A stretch of DNA of 64,000 nucleotides from Eledone cirrhosa (taxonomy: Eukaryota). The stretch is from assembly GCA_964016885.1 (NCBI GenBank), contig OZ024740.1, positions 39,804,001 through 39,868,000 of the forward strand. Reading direction: 5' to 3'. Positions 54,001-63,726 of this stretch are shown here, piece by piece. The first letter of the stretch is position 1. Each line of letters starts with the position of its first letter. Both the position numbers and the translations under genes were made by a program. Below the pieces are notes generated by a model. The model saw only the letters and a list, made by a program, of their open reading frames with translations, ran no database searches and was not told where the DNA came from.

Positions 54001-56387
54001 GTACACCACACTCAATATTGAGTTAACATACAACTGTGTACACCACACTCAATATTGAGTTAACATACAACTGTGTACACCACACTCAATATTGAGTTAA
54101 CATACAACTGTGTACACCACATTGAATATTGAGTTAACATACAACTGTGTACACCACACTCAATATTGAGTTAACATACAACTGTGTACACCACACTCAA
54201 TATTGAGTTAACATACAACTGTGTACACCACACTCAATATTGAGTTAACATACAACTGTGTACACCACACTCAATATTGAGTTAACGTACAACTGTGTAC
54301 CCCACACTCAATATTGAGTTAACATACAACTGTGTACCCCACACTCAATATTGAGTTAACATACAACTGTGTACAACATACTCAATATTGAGTTAACATA
54401 CAACTGTGTACACCACACTCAATATTGAGTTAACATACAACTGTGTACACCACACTCAATATTGAGTTAACATACAACTGTGTACACCACACTCAATATT
54501 GAGTTAACATACAACTGTGTACACCACACTCAATATTGAGTTAACATACAACTGTGTACCCCACACTGAATATTGAGTTAACATACAACTGTGTACACCA
54601 CACTCAATATTAAGTTAACATACAACTGTGTACACCACACTGAATATTGAGTTAACATACAACTGTGTACACCACACTCAATATTGAGTTAACATACAAC
54701 TGTGTACACCACACTCAATATTGAGTTAACATACAACTGTGTACCCCACACTGAATATTGAGTTAACATACAACTGTGTACACCACACTCAATATTGAGT
54801 TAACATACAACTGTGTACACCACACTAAATATTAAGTTAACATACAACTGTGTACACCACACTCAATATTGAGTTAACATACAACTGTGTACACTACACT
54901 CAATATTGAGTTAACATACAACTGTGTACACCACACTCAATATTGAGTTAACATACAACTGTGTACACTACACTCAATATTGAGTTAACATACAACTGTG
55001 TACACCACACTCAATATTGAGTTAACATACAACTGTGTACACCACACTCAATATTGAGTTAACATACAACTGTGTACACCACACTCAATATTGAGTTAAC
55101 ATACAACTGTGTACACCACACTCAATATTGAGTTAACATACAACTGTGTACACCACACTCAATATTGAGTTAACATACAACTGTGTACACCACACTCAAT
55201 ATTGAGTTAACATACAACTGTGTACACCACACTCAATATTGAGTTAACATACAACTGTGTACACCACACTCAATATTAAGTTAACATACAACTGTGTACA
55301 CCACACTGAATATTGAGTTAACATACAACTGTGTACACCACACTCAATATTGAGTTAACATACAACTGTGTACACCACACTCAATATTAAGTTAACATAC
55401 AACTGTGTACACCACACTCAATATTGAGTTAACATACAACTGTGTACACCACACTCAATATTGAGTTAACATACAACTGTGTACACCACACTCAATATTG
55501 AGTTAACATACAACTGTGTACACCACACTCAATATTGAGTTAACATACAACTGTGTACACCACACTCAATATTGAGTTAACATACAACTGTGTACACCAC
55601 ACTCAATATTGAGTTAACATACAACTGTGTACACCACACTCAATATTGAGTTAACATACAACTGTGTACACCACACTCAATATTGAGTTAACATACAACT
55701 GTGTACACCACACTCAATATTAAGTTAACATACAACTGTGTACACCACACTGAATATTGAGTTAACATACAACTGTGTACACCACACTCAATATTGAGTT
55801 AACATACAACTGTGTACACCACACTCAATATTAAGTTAACATACAACTGTGTACACCACACTGAATATTGAGTTAACATACAACTGTGTACACCACACTC
55901 AATATTGAGTTAACATACAACTGTGTACACCACACTCAATATTGAGTTAACATACAACTGTGTACACCACACTCAATATTGAGTTAACATACAACTGTGT
56001 ACACCACACTCAATATTGAGTTAACATACAACTGTGTACACCACACTGAATATTGAGTTAACATACAACTGTGTACACCACACTCAATATTGAGTTAACA
56101 TACAACTGTGTACACCACACTCAATATTGAGTTAACATACAACTGTGTACACCACACTCAATATTGAGTTAACATACCATTGTGTACACCACACTCAATA
56201 TTGAGTTAACATACCACTGTGTACACCACACTCAATATTGAGTTAACATACAACTGTGTACACCACACTCAATATTGAATTAACATACCACTGTGTACCT
56301 CACACTCAATATTGAGTTAACATACAACTGTGTACACCACACTCAATATTGAGTTAACCTATAACTGTGTACACCACACTCAATATT
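1..56387. repeat. 37-bp tandem satellite array, consensus TATTGAGTTAACATACAACTGTGTACACCACACTCAA, 1524 units, continuing off the left edge
   Basis: Unit read directly. Unit starts at 1 and at 56384 are 56383 bp apart, which is 1524x37 minus 5. This matches the indels seen: five -1 at ~1378/3153/6149/8664/11142, +1 at ~32788, -1 at ~43904. Units otherwise differ mostly by 0-3 substitutions. Confidence 0.99.
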
Positions 56388-56448
56388 CATAAAAATAAAA
56401 ATACTGAGAGCAGTTGTCCCAAAAAATGCACATTTTTTAGCATGTTTA

Positions 56449-56669
56449 CCCTTTAGCATTCACATTACTCTATATTTACTATTGTATTTTCATGGTAAAA
56501 GCTTTACCTCACATAATTATCCCACGTCATATCGAATCTACAAGATTTTGATATTATTTATTTTGTGAACAATTCCTTAACGTCAGTATAAGCGGCCGGT
56601 TACAGCTGGTTTGAACAGAGAGGGGTGAGAGAATTCTGGCTGGATATGGCCTGTTTAAATGCGAAAGGG
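56449..56669. mobile_element. piggyBac-type MITE, 221 bp, non-coding
   Basis: Terminal inverted repeats CCCTTTAGCATT (56449-56460) and AATGCGAAAGGG (56658-56669) differ by 1 mismatch. Right flank is TTAA (56670-56673) and left flank is TTTA. CCC...GGG ends with a TTAA target are piggyBac hallmarks. Confidence 0.7.
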
Positions 56670-56776
56670 TTAATTCAGTTTCTAACTTGTCCCCCCCCCC
56701 CTTCCACTCTCATAAGTGTGAACCTAATAAACTATCATTTGTACTGCTTCTCTGTTTTTTGTTCCTATCTAATATT

Positions 56777-56877
<101 letters not shown>

Positions 56878-57513
56878 CTTTATATATATAAAAGCGAGGA
56901 TGTGTGTGTGTCTGTGTACAACTTTGCATACTTAAGGCTTTCACAATTACCAACTGAATTTGACCAAATTTTCTGTGCACGTTGCACAGGTCGCTAAGAT
57001 TGTCACATCACAAACATTTTTCAAATCGACCCACGTTGAACAATAAAAAATCGATATCAAAATTATCGGTAGAAAAGTTAATGTGAGGGAGATAAACTTT
57101 ATTGACAATCCTTATAAAAAAGGGAGATAACCAACTTTTCAGAAATATAAACATCAGATTCATTTGAAGATAAATCACTAATATTATCGTTTGTTTCTTG
57201 TTTATTCTTTGTTGCACTTTCAAAGTTAAAAAAACACTTGTTGTTTTAACTTGTTTCACTATATTAAGTGTTAATTTTCGCGTTAAGGGCCTAATCTCGC
57301 AGCAGTCTCGAATTGACGAGATTTTGATGATGGTTTGTTTATTTTTAGAACAATCGTTATGGGACTTTCCATTCAAAGCATTGGGACCTACAACTTTTAC
57401 ATTTTTAAAACTTTCATAAGCCATGTTGATACAAAAAAAAAATTTGTTGCACTTTCAAAGTTAACTGTAACGCTTCAATTCATACATTTTGACTTTACAA
57501 CTTTTCACCAAAT

Positions 57514-58289
57514 ATGCCCCGTAAAGAAAGTATGCACATATTGGCTATCGGTCGAAGAAAACAATGTGTGTAAATAACGCTCCGCCAATAACCGAAAATA
57601 GACAATCACTAAATGCGGTGAGTACAGTTATTGCAACATCTTTGTCCGCCGCTGAGCGTCGGTTAGTGGGGCGAACCAATAATGCTAAAGCAACTGCTGC
57701 AGCACGGGCTGCAGAGACTAGAGAGCAACGTGAAACACGCCTTGCTATGGATGCTACAGATACTGCTGCAGCAAGATCTGCAGAGACAGTACAAAAATAT
57801 GAAACACGCTGTGCGCGTAATACTTCAGCTAATGTTGCAGCAAGAGCAATTGAGACTGAGCAAGAACATCAAAGTCGCCAATTGAGAAATGCTTCAGCTA
57901 CTGCTACGGCACGAGCTGTAGAGACTGTAACAAGTCGAGCTATTCGGCTGGAGGGTAACGCTCAATGTAGAGCTTTAGCGCGGAGTATTTCAAAGGCATC
58001 ACGCTCACGATGGTACCTTAAGGCAGTTAATTATGACCCTAATGTAAACTATCAAATCCATCCTGATATTCAAATATATGCCATGTCAAATACTTGCCAA
58101 CATTGTAAAGCTAAAAAGTCGGGGGGAGAATCAGCTGGAATGTGCTGCTCCAACGGTAAGGTTCATTTGCCCACCCTTAGGGAACCACTGCAACCTCTCC
58201 AGATGCTTCTAACAGGTAAGCATTCACAATCACGTGATTTTCGGAAGCATATCCGTCAGTACAACATTGCGTTTCAAATGACCTCTTTC
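57514..58289 (+). pseudogene. Helitron RepHel N-terminal remnant (Arg/Ala/Glu-rich ETxEQ repeats plus Cys cluster), truncated
   Basis: ORF 57564-58589 contains ETREQRETRL-type repeats, then YDPNVNY...MSNTCQHCKAKK..GESAGMCCSNGKVHLP...FRKHIRQYNIAFQMTSF, the typical pre-Rep region of Helitron proteins. The likely original start MPRK (ATG 57514) is out of frame. Homology stops at MTSF. Confidence 0.85.
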
Positions 58290-58369
58290 GAGTTGGCAGT
58301 CGAGATAATCTCTTTGCGTTTGTTCCGAAAAGAAAAACAAAGAATATCGTCTATCCTGAAGTGCTTTAG
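58289..58369 (+). pseudogene. Extreme C-terminus of the Helitron PIF1-like helicase (RVGSRDNLFAFVPKRKTKNIVYPEVL*)
   Basis: Hand translation in a different frame from the listed ORF. It matches the SRV...TKNIVYxEVL* ending characteristic of Helitron helicases. Confidence 0.8.
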
Positions 58370-58861
58370 TGTTAACAAAAAAAATTATTACAGCTCTGCC
58401 TTGACTTCACCTTACTCATTACAAAACATACCAATGAATATGTCATGCAGGATATTTTGGATTATAAGTTTAAAATTTAACCATACACAGCAAAGGATGT
58501 TCTCAAAGAATAGATTTTCTCTTATTCTACTCTCATTGTTTTTTTGTTTGTATACAACTCTGCTTTCATTACAACTTTTTGTACTTTAGCAAAACTGCCT
58601 GTTTTTTTACAGATTTGCAACGTGTATTGTCTTTAATCATTTGTATAACTACATCCTGTTCAGTGTTTTCCTTCATTATCAGCATAGTTTTATGTGTGCA
58701 AAGATTGCACTAAATATTGAAGACTTCTGCTTATTTTGACAGGTTGGGGACAAATAATGTTCTTCTTTTACTTCCTAGCTGTATATTCTTAGCATAATTT
58801 CAAACCCCAAGCAACGCCGGGTAAATCTGCTAGTATATATATATATATATATATATATATA

Positions 58862-59256
58862 CCAAGATAATAATAAAGGGAAACTATATTTATAAAAACA
58901 TATTTATTTTATTATATATATTTCAAGGGCGACCAAGCAAATCTTAGTGCGCTTTCATCAGATAAAATACAAAATTTGTTTTATAAATAATGGAAATCAT
59001 ACCTTAACGGTCCGAAGATTCGCTGGATATTCATATATATATATATAGGACTATCTATATAGTATATATATATATATATACACATATATACATACATACA
59101 TGAAATATATATAATAAAATAAATATGGTTTTATAAATATAGTTTCCATTTATTATTATCTTGGAATATTTACTCCAGTAACTTGTTGAGTGCTCTATAT
59201 CAGTTATAAACATTTATGTTTGTTGGAATTCCAACAAATTAAATACAACTCCTACC
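58862..59256. mobile_element. AT-rich hammerhead-bearing element with an inverted partial copy (Penelope-like pLTR or retrozyme remnant)
   Basis: 58862-58925 is the reverse complement of 59101-59164 (64 bp, 2 mismatches). The left arm includes a full hammerhead on the minus strand. The element is bounded by (TA)n tracts. Family assignment is inference. Confidence 0.6.
58905..58969 (-). ncRNA. Type I hammerhead ribozyme (family 2)
   Basis: Minus strand reads UAUUUUAU-CUGAUGA-AAGCGCACUAAG AUUUG CUUGGUCGCCCUU-GAAA-UAUAUAUA^AUAAAAUA. It has a perfect 8-bp stem I, an intact core, a long bulged stem II and a palindromic stem III. Predicted AUA cleavage falls between 58913 and 58912. Confidence 0.75.
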
Positions 59257-59271
59257 TATATATATATATAT

Positions 59272-60136
59272 GGCCGAATTAGCAGCGGAGGTGGGTGTTT
59301 GGAAAGTACAATACCTAGGGTAAGAACAGGATGGAAGAAGTTCAGGGAGCTACTGCCACTGCTAGCTGCAAAAGGCTTTTCCCTCAAAATGAAAGGCAGA
59401 CTGTATGATGCATGTATATGAACAGCAATGTTACATGGTAGTGAGACCTGGGAACTGTCTGTAGAAGACTTACATAGATTAGAAAGAAACGAAGCCTGCA
59501 TGCTCAGATGGATGTGTAATAGTAATATACGCGAACAGCAAAGCATAAGCGAATTGAGAGAGAGAGACTGAGCATAAGAGGAATCAAATGGTGTGTGCAG
59601 GAGAGGGGGTTGCATTGGTATGGACATATGATGCGTATGAAGGATGACAGCTGCATAAAAAGGTGCAGAGCACTAGAAGTCGATGGAAGCCGCAGAAGAC
59701 CTGGGATGAGGTGATAAAAGCCAACCTTACCGAATTACACCTCTCAAAGGCGATGACACACGACCGTGACCTCTGGCTTCACGCAGTAATACAGAAGACC
59801 CGACCCCCCACAGGTACAAGCCGAAGCTGAAGCATATAGACAATATGCCCCCACCCCCTGTCACAGCAAAGTGGTCGTGGAGGTGCCACAGCAAAAAAGC
59901 ACCCAGCCCACAATGTAAAGTGGTCGTCTAGGCACCACAGAAAAAAAGCACCCAGCACTCACTGTCAATGAGGTTGGTGTTAGGAAGGGCATCCAGCTGT
60001 AGAAATCAAGCCAGATTCAGTTCCCATATGAGCAAGACAAGGTCAGCTGACCGGACACTGCTCACAACAGGACAACCCGTCTAACCCATGCTAGCATGGA
60101 AGAATGGACGTAAAGCGGTGATGATGATGATGATGA
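59272..60136 (+). mobile_element. 5'-truncated RTE-like LINE copy 1 (degenerate ORF C-terminus, 3'UTR, (GAT)n tail)
   Basis: Translates as ISSGGGCLES..RVRTGWKKFRELLPLL..KGRLYDACI*TAMLHGSETW...RLERNEACMLRWMCN, the post-RT region of RTE-type elements. It has a stop at 59419, a frameshift in the (GA)n near 59560 and a short deletion near 59695. Tail spans 60120-60136. Confidence 0.88.
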
Positions 60137-60312
60137 GATATATATATGCACACACACATATATATTTATATGTATCCAAGTAATATTGGCAGATGTGAGA
60201 ATGCATACTGAATACTGAAATAAAGTTTAAATATTCTTTTTTATGGCTAACTGACGAGTTTTGCTACTCTCTCTTTCCGCGTGTGTGTGTGTGTGTCATT
60301 ATTATCATCATT

Positions 60313-60510
60313 AATGGTGGATTGATAGTATTGGGAGAGGGTCGGACGCCATGCTTTGACATATAGAGTTACGGTCCTTGCCATTCTGAGTTCAAATCCC
60401 GCCGAGGTTAACTTTGCCTTTCATCCTTACGGGGTCGATAAAATAAAGTACCAGTAATGCACTGGGTAATTGCTGGCCTTGTGCCTAACGTAGAAACAAT
60501 TATTATCATC
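60313..60510 (+). mobile_element. tRNA-derived SINE with a Meta-domain-like central core
   Basis: B-box-like GAGTTCAAATCCC (60388-60400) is followed by GCCTTTCATCCTTACGGGGTCGATAAAATAAAGTACCAG and an ATT/ATC tail. The resemblance to MetaSINE and octopus SINE cores is from recall; the 5' boundary is approximate. Confidence 0.65.
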
Positions 60511-60515
60511 ATTAA

Positions 60516-60676
60516 CATCATCACCATTTAACGTCTATTATCTATGTTTGCATGGGTTAAAAAGGTTGTCACATTATGAGACATGTCAAGTCAGGTTATC
60601 AGGTCTTGCTCATATGGATCTGTTTCTGGCTTGGTTTCTACTGCTGAAGGCCATTCCTAACACCAACCACATTACA
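60516..60676 (-). mobile_element. RTE 3'-end fragment (LINE tail or LINE-tail SINE)
   Basis: Reverse complement GTGGTTGGTGTTAGGAATGGCCTTCAGCAGTAGAAACCAAGCCAG...CCATATGAGCAAGAC...AACCCATGC...GACGTTAAATGGTGATGATG aligns by eye to 59971-60136 and 62693-62853. Confidence 0.8.
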
Positions 60677-60701
60677 ATGTGGCACCAAAACAACCATCTG
60701 A

Positions 60702-60901
60702 CATCATTTGACACTATTTTTCCTTGCTGGCATGGGTTGGACAGGTTATCACTGACCATGTCAGTACTTCATCAAAGTTACCATTTTCCCATCAATAAGT
60801 TGGGGGTTCATATCACACTTATATTCTGGTTTTGGCAAGTTTCTATGGCTAGATGTCTTTCCTATCACTAGTAACTTTACAGAGTGTACTGGGTGGATTT
60901 T
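60702..60901 (-). mobile_element. Older, more diverged RTE 3'-end fragment
   Basis: Reverse complement contains CACCCAGTACACTCTGTAAAG...TAGGAAAGACATCTAGCCATAGAAA...CCAACCCATGCCAGCAAGGAA, homologous to the 3'UTRs of the two plus-strand RTE copies. Confidence 0.65.
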
Positions 60902-60983
60902 ATTGTAACACCAACACCAAGGAGGCTTCAGTCTGTGTAAATGGCTTTGTATGTAATTTATTGTAACACCAACACCAAGGAGG
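60898..60983. repeat. Short direct duplication, period 58 bp (TATTGTAACACCAACACCAAGGAGG twice)
   Basis: Identical 25-mer at 60901-60925 and 60959-60983. Confidence 0.85.
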
Positions 60984-61394
60984 TGAGTCTGTATAACGGA
61001 CATGATATTGATATGATTAATGTGAATGATGTGATTGATGTTTAGTTGGAACATTTGTAGCTCTATGTCTACCAAGAAAATGTGTGTGAGGAGGAAATTC
61101 CAGAAATTTCAGTTCTGGAGAAAACAGATTGGTGATTATTGGGGTTTGTTAGGGGAAACACTAGAATGCAAGGAAAAGAAATGGATAGACTGCATTAATT
61201 AGAACAATTGATGTTTCACAAAAGAAATAGGTAGCATTTCTCTGATATAAACATGCCCTCTGTCCCACAAAAGTGCCACTTGTAGCCAAGTTAATGCCAG
61301 AAACACAGTGGAACTCCATCAATAGAGTTGAATTTACAAACAATTAACAGGGAGTTATATATTTTATTTATTCAGTCATTTAGCTGGTGTATAC

Positions 61395-61520
61395 TTATTT
61401 GACTGTGGCCATGCTGTGGCACGGCTTTAAAATGATTTAGTCAATCATTTGAGTTTGGTACTTTGATCTCTTTTTATTGAGCCACTAAGTTACAGGAAAT
61501 AAAAAAACAGTAAACATAAA
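61395..61520. mobile_element. Probable degenerate interspersed repeat fragment
   Basis: GACTGTGGCCATGCTG...GGTACTT...GCCACTAAGTTAC resembles a common octopus interspersed repeat. This is from recall only; there is no second copy in the window. Confidence 0.3.
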
Positions 61521-61644
61521 CACACACGCACATACACACATGTATGTGTGTATATAAATATATATATATATATATATATAAATGTAAGTATGTATGTATA
61601 CGTACATACATATATGTATACAGACGTACAGTAGCATGCATATA

Positions 61645-61676
<32 letters not shown>

Positions 61677-61829
61677 CATACAGGTACACATATATATATG
61701 TACGTATCAGTTTAGCGGACGTTTATTATAACGCCCGCTTTGTCCGTTTGTAAACAAACGGACAGCCTGATTTATGCCGTACGGTGTTAAGGCAACCACG
61801 TCACCTTTTTGTTCAACAGTGACACAGGA

Positions 61830-61872
61830 ACGATGTACTAGTTTCAAGCTTCTTAGCTATCATCAGCACCGT
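61830..61872 (-). ncRNA. Minimal type I hammerhead ribozyme (family 1, copy A)
   Basis: Minus strand reads ACGGUG-CUGAUGA-UAGCU AAGA AGCUU-GAAA-CUAGUA^CAUCGU; identical to copy C. Confidence 0.78.
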
Positions 61873-62128
61873 ATACCCTTCTGCCAGATGGTTGAACGTT
61901 CGAAAGTATATACTTTCCTTATGAAAATTAACGGCTGAGCAGCCTAATTTGCATATCGAGTGAGTTCAGTCGGCCAGGCGTACCGAAAACGATAAGTTGT
62001 AATAGAATGAAACGAAATTTCATTTCTCACTCTTAGTACGGCACTTACTTAAATGTAAGTATGTATGTATACGTACATACATATATGTATACAGACGTAC
62101 AGTAGCATGCATATATATATATATACAT

Positions 62129-62853
62129 GCTCCGCTGGATGTGTAACAGTAATATACGTGAACGGCAAAGCATAAACGAACTAAGGAAAAAATTAGAAAT
62201 AAGAGGGATCAGATGTTGCTTACTCGAGAGAAGGCTACGTTGGTATGGACACGTGATGCGCATGAAAGTCGATAGCTGTATAACAAAGTGCAGGGCAATA
62301 AAGATAGACGGTAGCCACGGAATAGGCAGACCTAGAAAAACCTGGGACGAGCTGATAAACTCCGACCTCACACACTTACACCTCTCCAAGACAATGTCAC
62401 TGGACCGAGACCTTTGGCGGTACTCAGTAACAGAGAAGACCCGCCTTACCTAAATACATAGTAAAACCTACTACAGCCAGTAGGCATCTCTAACAAAATA
62501 CGCCCCGTCCCACCACCACCACCCCCACCCCATCCACACCACCCCGTTCTATGTAAAGTTATGTTGGTGCCGCGCCATCCAGGCCGAAACAAATGAGATC
62601 GTGTAGGTGTCATGACAAAAAAACACACAGTCCACGCTGTAATGTGGCCATGTAGGCAACATGGTAAAAACCTCCCAGACCCACACTGTAAATGTGGTTG
62701 GTGTTAGGAAGGGCATCCAACTGTAGAAAACCTGCCAGACAGTCCTATGCGAGCAAGACAATCACTCTTGCCTCAAGTGGGACTACCCCCGTCCAAACCC
62801 ATGCAAGCGTGGAACACGGACATTAAACGTTGATGATGATGATGATGATGATG
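62129..62853 (+). mobile_element. 5'-truncated RTE-like LINE copy 2 with (GAT)n tail and 8-bp TSD ATATACAT
   Basis: ORF 62127-62453 (LRWMCN...RRLRWYGHVMR...GRPRKTW) is an open RTE C-terminus. 3'UTR is homologous to copy 1. Tail spans 62831-62855. ATATACAT occurs at 62121-62128 and 62854-62861. Confidence 0.9.
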
Positions 62854-62951
62854 ATATACATATATATATATACATACAGGTACACAAATTTCGTTTCATT
62901 CTATTACAACTTATCGTTTTCGGTACGCCTGGCCGACTGAACTCACTCGAT

Positions 62952-62959
62952 ATGCAAAT
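62952..62959 (+). promoter_or_regulatory. Octamer motif ATGCAAAT, 74 bp upstream of the hammerhead (also at 63418-63425 and, on minus, 61947-61954)
   Basis: Perfect POU/Oct site in every unit; function not shown. Confidence 0.35.
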
Positions 62960-63033
62960 TAGGCTGCTCAGCCGTTAATTTTCATAAGGAAAGTATATAC
63001 TTCCGAACGTTCAACCATCTGGCAGAAGGGTAT

Positions 63034-63075
63034 ACGGTGCTGATGATAGCTAAGAAGCTTGAAATTGTACATCGT
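63034..63075 (+). ncRNA. Hammerhead family 1, copy B (stem III mutated, probably impaired)
   Basis: Same as copy C except GAAAUUGUA replaces GAAACUAGUA, so the ACUAGU palindrome is lost. Confidence 0.6.
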
Positions 63076-63230
63076 TCCTGTGTCAGTGTTGAACAAAAAG
63101 TTGACGTGGTTGCCTTAACACCGTACGGCATAAATCAGGCTGTCCATTTGTTTACAAACGAACAAAGCGGGCGTTATAATAAACGTCCGCTAAACTGATA
63201 CGTACATATATATATATGTGTACCTGTATG

Positions 63231-63261
<31 letters not shown>

Positions 63262-63499
63262 GCATGCTACTGTACGTCTGTATACATATATGTATGTACG
63301 TATACATACATACTTACATTTAAGTAAGTGCCGTACTAAGAGTGAGAAATGAAATTTCGTTTCATTCTATTACAACTTATCGTTTTCGGTATGCCTGGCC
63401 GACTGAACTCACTCGATATGCAAATTAGGCTGCTCAGCCGTTAATTTTCATAAGGAAAGTATATACTTTCGAACGTTCAACCATCTGGCAGAAGGGTAT

Positions 63500-63542
63500 A
63501 CGGTGCTGATGATAGCTAAGAAGCTTGAAACTAGTACATCGT
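63500..63542 (+). ncRNA. Minimal type I hammerhead ribozyme (family 1, copy C)
   Basis: Stem I ACGGUG/CAUCGU (6 bp, one G-U). Core CUGAUGA at 63506-63512. Stem II AGCU-AAGA-AGCU is closed by a U-U mismatch. GAAA at 63527-63530, palindromic stem III ACUAGU, predicted GUA cleavage after 63536. Confidence 0.78.
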
Positions 63543-63695
63543 TCCTGTGTCACTGTTGAACAAAAAATTGACGTGGTTGCCTTAACACCGTACGGCATAA
63601 ATCAGGCTGTCCGTTTGTTTACAAACGGACAAAGCGGGCGTTATAATAAACATCCGCTAAACTGATACGTACATATATATATGTGTACCTGTATG

Positions 63696-63726
<31 letters not shown>

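Larger units (their letters stand above)
61579..62886 (-). repeat. ~470-bp hammerhead repeat, left arm (about 1.2 units, minus orientation, interrupted by RTE copy 2)
   Basis: TAAATGTAAGTATG recurs at 61579 and 62050 (471 bp apart). The unit resumes at 62854-62886 after the RTE. The sequence is the near-exact reverse complement of 62886-63835. Confidence 0.93.

Noticed and set aside
1-56387. CRISPR array (37-bp palindromic direct repeats)
   Set aside because: Units are contiguous with no unique spacers, there are no cas genes, and the context is eukaryotic TE sequence.
57008-57885. Short ORFs 57008-57424, 57198-57419, 57335-57577 and 57682-57885
   Set aside because: They lie in the AT-rich Helitron 5' region or in an alternate frame of RepHel and show no recognisable motifs.
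57564-58589. Intact 341-aa host gene
   Set aside because: It is a Helitron RepHel fragment; residues after MTSF are out-of-frame read-through across a deletion junction into the 3' UTR.
60380-60410. tRNA gene
   Set aside because: Only a B-box-like motif is present, with no cloverleaf; it is part of a SINE.
59256-62761. ORFs 59256-59627, 60548-60871, 60761-61075, 61161-61343, 62045-62389, 62446-62628 and 62549-62761
   Set aside because: Antisense or UTR frames of RTE and SINE fragments, or short frames without domain evidence.
63040-63100. C/D-box snoRNA suggested by TGATGA
   Set aside because: There is no suitably placed D box with a terminal stem; the flanking pairing fits a hammerhead core much better.
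61579-63350. Foldback or DNA transposon with ~450-bp TIRs around an RT gene
   Set aside because: The arms are tandem units ending at different phases, and the central RTE is a later insertion with its own TSD and tail.
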